Assembly (NCBI GenBank): GCA_000934665.2
Contig: KZ538839.1
Location: 1 to 45,107, forward strand
Reading direction: 5' to 3'
Origin: Catajapyx aquilonaris
Taxonomy: Eukaryota
DNA: 45,107 nucleotides
A program made the translations under genes and the position numbers. How positions within the stretch are numbered: position 1 is the stretch's first letter; each line of letters starts with the position of its first letter. Shown piece after piece: positions 1 through 12,994 of the stretch. The notes under the pieces were generated by a model. That model was not told the DNA's origin and did not search any database. It saw only the letters and a program-made list of their open reading frames with translations.

Positions 1-1149
1 CTATTTTTCCACCCCACCCTCGAGCTGCCAACGAGAACTCATTTCCTTGGCTAAAATTTGGCACGTTTGTCGCCCATAGCGAAACGGCGAGACGAGAAAA
101 GTAGCAATATGCAAAAAAAAAAAAAAGCGATGCTGCTTATGCAGAAGGTGAAGACGAACCAAATAAAATGCTGTGTAGATAGAGAGGTGACCTTTCCTGC
201 TATAGTTCGTGCAAAGTTGCACGAACTATCAGCCTATAGGGTCTGGCACGTAGTCTACTTAAAAAATGCATCTAGTCAATGTCTCGGTCACTGTGCTGCA
301 TTTCTCGTGTGGACCATGAACTCTTGGCTGGAATGCCGGAGAGAATTTTCAAAAGAGTACACTTCCAAAAATAGGACCAGTCTTTTTTTTTTGCACGCAG
401 TTCACGTGACTACAAAATTTCGGTTGCTGATTAATTACATCCTGCCTACTTTTTTTTAAGCATTGAAAATGACGATGGATTGAAGACCTATTTTACGAGA
501 CAGTTGGAAATGGCTCGACTAATAAACTAGTAACCTTCACTCGGCACGCCATGTTTTCTGCAAATTGTCCTCTACTACGACTGTAGTGTTTCAGTTCTGA
601 ATTCCTAAGCCGGTCCTTTGTAATACCTCTTGCATTCTCTACTGGCTACAGTCTGTCTCACAAAAGGTCGTCGGAATCCTATTCGTGCATACTTAGAGTA
701 TGTACCGGAAATGTACGCCCTGCATAATGTAAGATCTCTGTCGTGCTACTGCCCATCGTAATAGAGGAAATAGTTAGGAAGTGCTTATCAGACACACTAC
801 AAACTCATGGTGGAAATAAATTTTTAGGGGAAAAAAGACTTCCACCCGGACATTGACCTGTCTTTTTTAAAGTGTGCCATGTTTCATTCACACGGACAGG
901 ACAAGTCCGTGTTTTCCCTAGGCCCAGAAAATAAGTCCCACAGCTGCTTCGAGAAGGTACAATCGGCTGTGTCATCTGATCGTCTGTGACATTGATGCTG
1001 CGAAGGGCTCTTTCAGAGACGTATGCCAGATGCCATGAGTGTAAAACACAAACCCTCCATGTCAGAAAAAAAAAAGAAAACAGGGGGAGAAAAAGTCAGA
1101 AAAAATGGGTCTATGTGCAGAATAGTCCTAAAATAAATCCACGACTCAC

Positions 1150-1209
1150 CTACTGACGATGCAGAGAGACCTTCCTCTATAAACTGATCTGCTAAGGTCA
1201 TACCGATAG
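1150..1209 (-). CDS. Probable 60-nt downstream exon (phase 1-1) of the AJM1-like gene: AIGMTLADQFIEEGLSASSV
   Basis: Acceptor CCCATTTTAG|CT with an upstream CTGAT branch-like motif and donor TAG|GTGAGT. Phase matches the donor at 4110 and there is no stop. Confidence 0.55.
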
Positions 1210-1959
1210 CTAAAATGGGTTGTGTATCAGTTTTCAGACCTAGTTGGAGGGAGTTTTTTTTTTTTTACCTGGTACTACATCCTAATTACGCCACCGCCCT
1301 TCCAATTAGGGATCTGTACATACAATACCAAACGACACCCACTGTTTTTTTACCACGTTGTTTCATGCACGGCTGAGCCATCAAGACAGTGGGAGGAGTT
1401 CTCTTCCGATTGGATTAATTAAACGACCCTTGTGACTCCCTCTGTACCTAGTGAAATATGTACTCACAGCCGCTGTAACTCATTCATATTTTTTTAAGAG
1501 AGACATTTTTGCGACATTTCCACCTCCGTTCTCGTCTCATCGATTATGCGATAAGCCTGATGAATGAAGCGCTCTTTTGACTTGTCCTTTTTTTTCGTCA
1601 AAAAAAGGACGAATTTGGCTTTGCTGTATGAAGCGGAAATTTGTCAACGCCGACGATCAATACGGCGCTGCCATATTGGGGCTCGGAGGGGGCGTCGCTT
1701 TTGCAAAATCGCAATGACGAATGCGCCATCTAGATTATCATTTGGCCTCGTACCTATTTTAACAACCCTCTCTTCATTAGCAATTAATTATAGCAGTTGT
1801 GAACTCATTTTCGGAGGGATATGTCGTGTGTGTGTTTAGAGCACAAAAATTATGTCTCAAAAATATTTCTAGAGTGCGCCACAATCTACTGTACTAAAAA
1901 GGACAACATATGCAGCGGCGTGGCACAAAAAAAGGCAAAAAAAAAAATATGTGTGTGGA

Positions 1960-2023
1960 AAAAGGGACAGTGAACGTGACAAAAGAAAAATGCAGCAACT
2001 CAAAACGAATCAACATTTTTATT
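1960..2023 (-). terminator. Candidate polyadenylation site of the short AJM1-like isoform
   Basis: Minus-strand AATAAA (2018-2023) is followed about 20 nt later by CA and a U/GU-rich tract (TTTTTCTTTTGTCACGTT). The 2024-4077 stretch is U-rich on the minus strand, like a 3'UTR. Confidence 0.5.
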
Positions 2024-3799
2024 TACATAGTCTAGCAACATTAGATACTATGTTCACACCATGCTGTTGCCAAAATAAAAATCACAAAGTGAGAAGTGAG
2101 CTTACAAGCAGTGCAACTTAAAACTACACTATTTTGGTCTGTCGAGATGGAGATTTTTAAAAAAAAGAAAGAAATTATGCGAGTCACATCTTCTTGTACA
2201 TTAAAATGTTTTCGCTGCCACTGTCACTGTAGATGAAGGACTCGTGTGAATAACTTGACAAAGCACACCGAAAGCACCGATATACGTTGATATGAAACGC
2301 GCAACTGCACCTGACAAAAAGGCGAGGTCATAAGTCAAAATGATCAGCATTGTTGGCACAAAGGTGGCAGTGTTAAAAATACAGGGGATATGCAACAAAT
2401 GAAGATAAAGTGTCCCTTCTTTTCTTTATATCTACCGCCTTCGATCACAAAGTTTGGTCCTGATGGTTGATGCACGTAGTGGAAAAAAAAGTGCAAAAAA
2501 AATAACAAATTCTCAACACGTTGTAATAATGAAATTTCCGGGCAATAGTAAGTGCATTTAGGCCTCACAATCCCCATCACCACTTGTTGACATGATCGTT
2601 CGAAAACCAACCTCTGCGGGGTCCCGATCCAGTTTAAATCGACAAAATGGAAGCAACACAACGAGAGAGAAAGCATGAATACCAAATGGGCCCGTCATCA
2701 ACAGCTTTCCTTTAGAAGTTTGATCCCAAAAAAATCCAGCTTGACAAACCAAATAAAGTGCAAATCAAGCCTCCCATTTTGAACAGAAAATCAAGCATAA
2801 ATCGTGCACACAAATGAGTAACCTTGTTTCAACTACATGGCCGTACGACGAACAGTAAGGAATTCTGCCCTCTACTTGAAACTTTTGTCGTCAGCACAGA
2901 AATGAGTTTTCACATTTCTCCAAAAAAAAAAAAAAAAAAAAGTATGGAGACAGCTCAACTTTGCTATTATTTTCGCTGCGAGGCAGTCTAAAGGGCAAAC
3001 TCGGTTTTTGGACTTCAGCTGTTGGGCTGACATCTTTAGTTCGAGTTTATTTATACAGTCCCCGTTTCGGAAGAATGGTTTCAAGCGAGAATGTTTGGAG
3101 ACCAAGCAACTGATAGGGATGTGAACAAGAATATTTTCATTGCCAAAAAGGTGAAATACAAGTTGGGGAGGTAAACACGAACAAGTCCTTCACATTCAGC
3201 AACTGTGGCAAACTCGGTTTTTGCGACGTTGCGTACAGAAAAACAAAAGCATTCAAAATAATGGTAAAAAAAAGTGCTTGATAACTGAAGATAAAAAGCG
3301 CTCTATCTAAATACTTATAATAAAATAGCAATAATAATAATACATGACTACTAAAAGCTTGTGAGGGGAAAAACTTGACATTTTCGTAATTATAGTGTAT
3401 GGAAGCTAAATTACTATTTGAAGTAAAAGCAAGCATGTTACTTTCTCGGTCTTGCCATTTCTGTGGTGCAAATGTCTGGAATCCAGCCATTGCAACAGAC
3501 ATTATTGTCACGTATATTCGCCTCTCCAGCATCAGTGATCGACACGTTCCTTAGGTCTTTGGTAATTCTCACCCACAAATCAAATTTGTACCAATGTAGA
3601 GTAAGCTTTACCACGGGAGTTTTAAAGGGTGTGAAAAAAGAACAAACTGAGGCCTTGCCGCTACTAGACTACATTCACAGTCAATGCCAAGATGGTGGCA
3701 AATGCTGCTCAAGCCAAGATGCAATGGGGGTTCTCCCCCCACCCCTCTCACAAACCAATCAACCTCTCCCATGCCCCAATAAATGTCTCATCCATAATT

Positions 3800-3824
3800 A
3801 TCATCATCATCATCATCATCATCA
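3800..3824. repeat. (ATC)n microsatellite
   Basis: About 8 tandem ATC units. Confidence 0.9.
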
Positions 3825-4077
3825 CCATAACCATTATGACCATGTCACAGTACTCATTATGATCTCGTCATGCTTGAGGAATCTGGTGGATGGTTGTTGG
3901 GTGCTGAGGTTGGAGGGGGGGCGGGGATGTCATATGTATAATAATTTTTTTGAGGGGGGTAGTGGAGAGAAAAAGTGATATTTTGAGAGATTAAAAAGAA
4001 AGAACGAAAGCGGCAAGTGCCCCCGCCCGGGGGTTCCGGGGTCAAAAAGGCGTTCCGGAAGCTGAGGTGGAAAAAGG

Positions 4078-5697
4078 TCATGAGAGCAGGAACTCGTCCC
4101 GATACTCACCGGTCCTGGGTAGGAAGCCTTGCGGACTTGGGGATCGAGAAGGTTCGCTTATAAGCTGGGCGTTGGTGGAGTATGGGATGGTAGTGTTGGT
4201 GGTGTTGGTGGTAGTGGTGTTGGTGTTGGTAAAGGTGGTAGTAATGGTAGTGGTGGTGATGGTGGTGGTATCGACACCGCTCGCACTCGACTTGCGAGAG
4301 GCGTATCCGGAGGGTACGCGCGAGTCCGAGTAGCCATTGACACTCTCGGAATACTTGCTGACACTACTGGCCGGAGTTTCCGGGGAGTCGATAGGTCGGG
4401 AGCCCACGAAAGAGCTCTCGAGCCAGATGAACTTGCGAGGCGCCCAGGCCATGGCGCCTAGGCGGTCAGGTCGTGTGGGGGACCTGGTGGTGGTGGCAGT
4501 GGGAGGACTCGGGTTGGAAGGATGGTAGTAATGGTTGGGTCGGTAGTGGTCACCCTTTTCACGCTTCCTTCTGAGCCTTTCTTGCTCATCATCCTCATCC
4601 TCATCCTCATCCTCCCCCCCTTCCCCTTCCAGCTCACTCCCACTCTGCGAAGGCATGTTCTCGTTCACATAATGCACGATGGCACTCGTCACCTCCTTGA
4701 TGGAGGAACGCACGTCGCTAAGGTCCACACGCCCGTTTACTCCTGCACCTGCAACTGCACCTTCACCACCTGCTTCACCCTCCCTCATCCTTTCAGCCTC
4801 CACATCCGTCACCTGGATCTGCACTTCGGGATGAAGGACCACATTACCTGGCTCGTGCAGCCGATGGGGGGACTTGGGCCCGTCGACCGACACCGACACA
4901 AGCTCCTGCTGTCCGTCCATCATGCCGCTGGGTGACGTCGCCGCCGCTGCAGCCGACGCCGCATCCAGGTGATGGTACTCCTGCTGCTCCAGACCGGCCT
5001 CCATCTTGCTGGCCAGCTTCTGGGTGAAGTAGTTGGCGGCCAGTCGCTCGGCAGCGGTGCGGTACCCGTGGGTTGGGGTGCCCCCGACGGAGGACACCAG
5101 CAGCCTCTCCTGCGACCTCCATCCCAGGTAGGGCTGTCTGCAGGAGAAGGACGCCCTTGCCGAGGAGGGCAGGGAGGCGCTAGGCGACGGAGAGGTGTTT
5201 CCGGAAGTGTTTCCGCTCCCGGTGGTGTGGAGCCTGCTGGTGCTCCATCGGGTGTACCCTGCATAGACCGGCGTCGCCTGGGAGTAGCTGAAGGTGGCCG
5301 ACTTGTCCCTCGGCGACGGGCTGGCGGTGGAGCTGGGGCTGAGGAGGCTCTCCCTGGAGGAGCGGTGGTGCCTCCGGGTGGACGCGGAGGAAGGGGCCAG
5401 GGTGGTCCTGGTCGAGCTTCCTGCCGCCTGCTGCTGCCCCGGGGCCGTAGGGGTCGGGCTGCGGCTCAGGCTGCCCCAGGAGGTGGCCTTGCCCGAGCCC
5501 GCAGGCACGTTCAGACCGGGCCATTGCTGCTGCTGCTCCCGGTTGCGCTTCAGGAGGAACCCGTCCGCGCCACCACGGGCGTAGCTAGAGTTTTTGTACC
5601 ATTCCGGAACATTCAGGCGCTGCAAGGAGCGCTGTACCCGAAGCTGGTGCTCGGACAGTTGTCGCTCGCCGCCCTTCATCAGCTCGTTTTCTGGAGG
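4078..5697 (-). CDS. AJM1: AJM1-like gene exon; either terminal (TGA at 4078-4080) or spliced at internal donor 4110
   Basis: Acceptor TTTGTCTTCCCGCAG|CCT. Conserved-looking blocks PPENEL..LSEHQLRVQRSLQRLNVPEWYK, RQPYLGWRSQERL, VRSSIKEVTSAIVHYV and WLESSFVGSRPIDSPETP match my recollection of arthropod AJM1-family proteins. The diagnostic C-terminal Cys/His (MYND-like) domain is not in the window. Consensus donor CCG|GTGAGT at 4110/4109. Confidence 0.85.
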   Translation of the reverse strand, partial: PPENELMKGGERQLSEHQLRVQRSLQRLNVPEWYKNSSYARGGADGFLLKRNREQQQQWPGLNVPAGSGKATSWGSLSRSPTPTAPGQQQAAGSSTRTTLAPSSASTRRHHRSSRESLLSPSSTASPSPRDKSATFSYSQATPVYAGYTRWSTSRLHTTGSGNTSGNTSPSPSASLPSSARASFSCRQPYLGWRSQERLLVSSVGGTPTHGYRTAAERLAANYFTQKLASKMEAGLEQQEYHHLDAASAAAAATSPSGMMDGQQELVSVSVDGPKSPHRLHEPGNVVLHPEVQIQVTDVEAERMREGEAGGEGAVAGAGVNGRVDLSDVRSSIKEVTSAIVHYVNENMPSQSGSELEGEGGEDEDEDEDDEQERLRRKREKGDHYRPNHYYHPSNPSPPTATTTRSPTRPDRLGAMAWAPRKFIWLESSFVGSRPIDSPETPASSVSKYSESVNGYSDSRVPSGYASRKSSASGVDTTTITTTTITTTFTNTNTTTTNTTNTTIPYSTNAQLISEPSRSPSPQGFLPRTGEYRDEFLLS

Positions 5698-8055
5698 CTG
5701 CGGGAAGACAAACAACATGTCGTTACGTCAATGCCATTACAATTTACTGTCTTCTACCAATTACATTATAGGACCATCGGTTACGTATTATGCGCATTGA
5801 TGTCTACCGGTTTGGTAATACTGTAGTAAAAGGCACGTGTTCCCACGGACATCGTGACTGCCGCTTGTTGTGCCGCACGAAACCGAAACTTCCGAAGGCT
5901 GGTGGCTGCAGCGCGATATTTTTAAAAGGAATGAGACGCAAAAAAAAAGAGAGTAAAACCGACTTTAAAAATAATCGGGAGCATCTGCTAGCACCCCAAT
6001 TTCTCTGTCCAACTTGGAGCCATCTCATCCGGCACGTGTGACCATCAACCCGGCCCTTGACCTTCGGCCCTTACTATTGGCCTTAACCTCGGTGACCATA
6101 ACTACCATGCGGACCGTGGAATTTTGCCAACGTACACAACTGTTGCTTTTACCTTCAAATTCTCCCCAGATTCCGGGATATACCCCGTGCTCCTCCACCG
6201 CTGTTCCCTCATGGTAACAATGACACAAATCACACTAGGTTACAGACTATCCTTCCTCCTACCAGCCTGCACGTCAGGTGAGCCATAAAGTCATCCTGTA
6301 GTGTTAGTATGAGGGTTAGGAAGTGGGGGGGTAGTGCAGGGGGTGGGGATTTAGAAGTGGAAGCAAAGGGTTGCAAGTGGTGGAGGGGGGCTGGGGAGGT
6401 GGTGTTACAAGTATAGTCATGGCCGCAGTGTTGCAACCATCGAGTAATTGCGGCTCATGCCGGGTATCTATAGTGGGTGACGTCAACCGGAATATACACA
6501 TCAGGCAAAGGATGACATACATAGTGTTCACTACCGTGTTCCGGATTTCAGTGTACATTGGCGCTGTCCCCTAACGTAAAATATGTGAGCATACGGGCAA
6601 TGGAGCGGAGACAGCTAAGCCATAGCGGTCAGAATTTTTCAGAGAAGGAAACCATTTCTGGGCCATTACATTTCATCGTCCTATCGCCCTCGGAGCCACC
6701 CTAGTCCTATCCCGGAAACAGCGTTGCCAACCACGACCTTGCATATCAATGATATGAAACCCCGATAGAATGCAAAGCAGGCTAGAGAGAGAAAAAAAAG
6801 CCGGTACCTGTATTGGAAGCGCGTGATTTGATGAGTTTCATGCCTTGCCTACCAAAATATTCATCTCCTGGGCCAACCCTGGGGGTGGATGTCATCGGTG
6901 GTAAAGTACCAGGCCCTGCTGACACAATACTAAGGCGAGCCGGTGATCAATATGCCTGAATTTGCGCATTTGCATGTCCGCACGGGTACTCTTCATACGC
7001 GGTATGGAGGTGACAGGTGACATCGCAACAGGCTGGTGTTAATCAATTAGTTACGTATCGACCGCCCAATTAAATCCGACTTTTTTAAAGGTGTGTTCAC
7101 CTGCCATATGGTTGTATATTTCCGACATCGATTGTGCTGTCGACCTTGGCTACATATACAGGGTGTGGTTTTGAGGGGGGGTATCCTAGTCCATCTCCTT
7201 TTGGGAGGAGTTTATAATAGGAACTGAGAGGGAAGGTTAATGCGTAGGAGCCGAGCCGGCGTGTCCGGAATGCTAATGAGAGCTCAGTATCATTTAAAAT
7301 GGCTCATGTCCGTCCTGCCAACTCTTCGAAGGAAATGGCCTCGTAACCCCGAGGATTTCCCGCAATGTGTCAACTTGTCGGCAAAAATGTTGCGCGGGGC
7401 TGGGGTGACGACCTCCTCTAGTTACGCATATTTTCTATCATTTTAGTGGGTCAATGTCTATTACCTTCAAGCTAGTTCATTCGCAGATTTCAATCAAGCT
7501 TGAAGGTAAAAATTATTAGCTTGCAGATTACTTCCAGGCTCGATTATTGCAGATCGACCCATTGCATTAATTCCCGAGATTCAGCCTGCCAAAGAAGTAA
7601 CTTTGAAGGCCCTCAGCTGCAGAGAAGCTCCAGATATAATTGGCAGCTAAAGGAAGCGGGAGCTTCCTACTGCACATAGTGCATAGCATGCTCTGTGCAC
7701 AAATTGGCTAAGGTCTACTTCTTTGACTGGAAGGTAGCTAAAAGAGAAAACATTTGCAGCCTTCTGGCACCACTACTGAAGAGAAGTGCAATCAGCACAT
7801 CAAGTGAGCTCTGAACTCTGAAGGCCCTATCAATTGTCGGCCTGATTAATACTTGCATTCCATTCTCTCGACAATTACTTCTCACGTCCTATTTACCACT
7901 GCATCTCATGTTGCACTTGCAAGTTAGAACCAACCGGAAATTAACCTGCTACCTAAACTTTCTCTACACAGTTTTCTCCTTTTACAACCCAAAAATGCAA
8001 TCGCCTGCAACCACCAATTTTTGGTCCCCCCCCCCCCCCCCCCCCCCCCCACCCC

Positions 8056-8109
8056 NNNNNNNNNNNNNNNNNNNNNNNNNNNNNNNNNNNNNNNNNNNNN
8101 NNNNNNNNN
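8056..8109. other. Assembly gap flanked by poly-C
   Basis: Run of N between C homopolymers. Confidence 0.99.
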
Positions 8110-11100
8110 CCCCCCCCCCCCCTCTAAAATGGGGTCGGAAGCTTCCTCCAAGTTGCATCTTTTAGGCATCTGGATTGTGAAGTTGAAGCTCACTTCACTC
8201 TCTACTCTCTGTCTGGGCACAACCCAACACCCCACGTACACCCCCTTCTCTCTTCTGCAGGATCAATATCCCCACTGCGGATGCGGGGTGGGCCTGTTGG
8301 AGCTGCTGCCGCTCCTCTCCTACAATTCGACACTTGACCCTAAAAGTGGTCACTAATTTTCAGCCGCAATTATGTTGCACAATTGCACCAAGTGACACGT
8401 GCTACCCACTACCAGTCAGAAAAACAGGATATAATTCCTGGTTGCTAATGATAGATGACAACGAGCGTTAAGTCAGGCTTAATTTGGCGGGTATTCCAAC
8501 TTAAAACATCTGTCAGGCTGAGAAAGGGGGCGGTTTTTGAAGAAGTTGGTCCACGTGTTTGCACACTCTGGCACCGCCCTAAGAATAGCCTTCGTAGTTT
8601 ATACGCTTTTACCTTCTAAGGGCCACCGGTGGGGTGGGGGGAAAAATCGGATCGAATTTTCCGTCAGATCAGCTGTCACTGCTCGGAATTACAACCTTGA
8701 CCTTTTACCTTTTTTTAAAAAAATAGGGAGCCAATATTCTGGTCAGGAGTGTACCCTGCAGCCAACATGTCAGCACTCACCCTTAGGATTTATGGTCACC
8801 CGGCATTTTTTCAGGGACGGAAAATAAACACCTAGTCTGAAGCCAAGTTGGTGCGATGAGAGGAAGATGGGTCTAGGAGAGGATGCCATGCGGGGATGAA
8901 ATTAGTGGAGACGGAAGTACCTGTGCTGGAATGTGCAGACTGATTGATGGGAAACATTTATAATGGTGTATGGAGTCGCCTCCTTCAAGAGGATAATTGA
9001 AGTGTAATTGGAGCATGTGCGCCGTGGATTTTTTGGGGCTGCCTCGCATGTTCGGGTCTTTTTTTTTGGCAGATCAGATAAGGGTAAATAGTGACGGAGC
9101 TACAGGTGGCAAGGGATTTGCTTGCCGGAGTAGCCGTCGTGTCCGACTTGGCAATAGTTTCAATAATTCAACTCAGCTCCAAGCCCTAATATGATAAAGT
9201 ATATTGTCAATTTCCGAGCTCCCCCAGAAGACATCTTGAATTTTTAAGCCGGCCGCATTACGCAACGCATCTGCAGTGTATAGGTCTGAATTACATATTC
9301 TCGTGACGGCCATTGATTGGGTGCGGTGAAATCTCACACGTAGTACATGCAATGAAATGTGTAAAAAAGCACAGACACTGATTTCCTACAAACGGCCCTT
9401 ACCTCCCATGACTGTCGCGTCGGACGATATTCTTTCCGAAAATACATCCCCCATCATATACTACAACACGTTCTGTAAATCCTGAGTCTCCTTCCCGCAC
9501 TTGACAATAGCACTAGTGTCGACGTCCAGAGTTACTGACTCCATAAAAAGGAGCATCCGGTGTTTCACCGCAATGTAATACCTGGCGCACAAGTGCGTCA
9601 TGAAATTTGCGAGCTGTAGTAGAGGCCGGTCGAGGCCTCTCTGCAAAAGCCCGGGGCACCCCGTCCGATCAATGCCTTTGCTCTGCTCAGTTGCGATCGC
9701 GAGTTGCCCCCTGCTTCTGGCTACTCTGCACACACCCCCTCTGCAATGTTCTGGTACCCGGTGTAATGGCCGATCGTGACAGACAAAATTATTCGGTGTC
9801 ACCCTGCATCAATAATTGATACACGAATGTTCAGAAAAAAAACTGGGCCCTGGATTCAATAGTGTAAAATTTGTGCTAGCTAGACCGTGCAGTTTGCACT
9901 TTGCAGGATTCGAACCCAAGTGTATGGAAAAAAAAGTCCACGCGCCGTTGCTTTGATTTGCTTTAGTGGCGAGGACGGGGAAAGGGGCTGCACGGGATCA
10001 AATTATGACAAAGTGAATTTCAGAGCAATTCGGAATTTCCGGCTGGAAAAAAATAGCGAGGGGGGCCATGTAGTAAATAGTGGTTAATTCTATTTATGCA
10101 GTATAAACAGTTGTGACACGCAACATTAGCAGGCGATTATCATGCGGCGTGGCAGCGATTATGCAGGCACGGAAACTTTGTTTAACGTATTGCAGAATTA
10201 TAAAATAATCATCGCTGCATGATCGAGGTCAAGGCGAGATTGTTCAAATACTAGCAACTTATGTAACCCTAATCCTACTTTATAGGTTTCGCGTCGAGTA
10301 AAATCAGCATAAAAACATCGTTACGGATAGTGACCACACTGTACAAAAGCCCTTTCAATAAAGTAGTTGACAGGTTGAAAATAGGTATAACATCCGAACT
10401 AAATAAAATGTGGGATGACGCAATAGTCCTATGTCCAGCAGAGTGGAAAACGGTTACTGCAGAATACAAATTTTTGAGCCAAAATAATCTAAGAATTGTG
10501 AATATGTACAGTAATTTAATATATTAAATTCTGTACATGCCGGAAAGTTCTCCAATTATTTAACTTTCAACTAATTAGCCGGTAAGTAGTGGCTCTCTAA
10601 TAAGTAGACCTGGCGGCGTAACTAGGTTACCGAAAAAGCATTAAAGTAGCAGGTCGTTGCTAAAGTAACTCGTTACATATTCCTTGTCATTTTCCAGTGT
10701 CAGTTGATCAAAAGGTTTCACACATCGGTGCCATAAATAGCACGGGGTCACACCAAAACGGCTAATGAAGACATGGCCAGAGGATCCTCCGAGCTAAACA
10801 CTGTCTTCCCACGTTAATATATCAATAAACCTGTTGTCCCCCTTTGAATTCTAGTCACGCATATCTCATTCTAGACATCGATTACGCCTGAATGTGTGAC
10901 AAGTTCATCTGATTTTTGGCCGCTCAAACACTTGATCACCCTTCGCATGTTATTTAGCGGTCCCATTTTATGGCCATACTGTGTCACTGTTTGGTCGACT
11001 AGATATCGCTCTGGGCCCGGTTGGGAAAAAAATCCTCTCCAATCACCATATACCATGTATACGATCGCAAAACCTGCAACGGATCCAGGCCCCACCACGG

Positions 11101-12994
11101 ACATGGTAGTCGAGTTTTGTTCCATTTAATCCCGACCCAGAAGATAGGAAACGCAGCAAAACCACACTGGCAGGTCATTCCGCAAATATTCGATCGCGTT
11201 CGGTGCTAAGGGATACAACCTGGCTCAACCCCGCCCTACTTGAGCTCAAAAAGACTCGAGTCATCCGCATCAATATACAAGCGCACCTTCGTCCTTGGCG
11301 TTCTTATCCGTTTACGCAAACGGTAATATTTCGCAATATGAGCAGTGATCAGCACAATTTTTTTAATACGTAATAATTACCGTTCATCACCAATCGCCTG
11401 CTACAAACAAGCTACGTCACAGTGCCCTGAGCTGCTCTAGTAATAGGCTACTCTGTGTCTAATGAGAGGCAATAATTAGTTTCTGTAGCACTGAGGACAT
11501 GGCTGCAAGGTTGGTTCCCCCAAACTATAGGCGCATATCCAAGGAGTGGGGTGCTCAGGTTCAATAAAGGAGCCGGTAAATCGGGTTAAGCCATCTGCTA
11601 GGAATCTTTCCATGTTCGCCTTGGCACTAATCGGCAAATATTTGGAAGTGGGATGGTGGGGGCACAACTTCGCCAAGGTTGGCATTAGTATTCAGGTTGT
11701 CTAGTCCCTTCCGCCTTTAGGACAAACCCACGCAAATGGCACGTGGACTTACATGCAATATGTCTAAAACGGTCGCGGTTTGTTTACATGCACAATTATT
11801 AACAGTCATACTATGTGGGTCTATGCAGGTCTATTACGGGCTCTGCACATGTATCGCTGTAGGTGACTATATGTATACGTCACGCAAGTCGGAAATGGCA
11901 ATCAATAATAGGGGTTTGTTGTTGTACCGTCCACAGCAGTTTCCTACGACTTGATGAGGGCTTGCCCCCTAACCCACAATGACGTGTAAGTGGGGAGTGG
12001 TCCCCTCCCTCGTCCTGCTCTTTCTACATTTAAACTTGGCCACATATGATTAAGTAATAAACTAGGGTACCCCACTAACCCACTGCCCCTAGGAAAAAAA
12101 TGGTCGAGAATCGTACAGATGGCAGTAATCAGTGGAAAGTTTTTTTCCCACGGTACCCACATTCGGATCCACATTTTCAGGACGAGAAAAATGCGGTATA
12201 CCTTCTGACATGCGGCTCTAAAATAGTTGGCCTTACCCATCTTCGTAATAACATGGGCGTGCATCGCGTAATTAATCCCAGAGAATGTCACATAATGAGA
12301 ATCGCGCATGCAAGCATTTTTACATAACTATACCCGCCTCCATTATCTGAGGAACTGCTTCCGGATCGGTGCACGAGGAATGCTGGGGGATTCTTAGATC
12401 TACCCTGCTCACCATACCTTTTCATTTTCGTACACTTGGATTCGCCACACCGCACAACAATGATCCCAATTATTTTATGTACAAAAAAAAGGCAGATCTG
12501 ATTACCCAATGAACGACCCACACTCCAGTGGATTAAATGTATATCTGTGGCACACCGTTACTTTCAAGATAGTACTGAACATTACCCTGCCCTTCTTTTC
12601 AAACCTCACCTGATTTCGTGTGGGCCGCACCCCTCGGTTATTCCTCCCCCACCCCCCTATGAGCACATAAAAGTTTCATATCGTGCCCGCTTCGAAATGA
12701 GAAATGAAGAATGCTTTTTAGGACGCAATATCATTTGGGAGGGTTATGCAGGTTCCAGGTTTTACAAGGTAATATCATACGACCCCCCCTTTTAGAGCAG
12801 ATTCTTCGGATCCCGCAACTAATTGGGCGCCTGCAACTGATTTTGGGCATGTCGCACTACCTAGCTATGAATAGGTGTCAGTGACTTCCCCCGCGCGGTA
12901 GTGATCCGTTGGCCTAATATGGGGCAATAAGGCGGTAACCTTGACCAGCATCCCTCCGCCTTTGAGTAGGATGCAAATGAATGGGAGGGCTCAC

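Noticed and set aside
3463..3978. 171-aa ORF with a poly-His tract
   Set aside because: The His run is an (ATC)n microsatellite in probable UTR/intron, and the ORF lacks an ATG start.
7908..8356. Poly-Pro/Gly ORFs
   Set aside because: They are produced by poly-C flanking an assembly gap.
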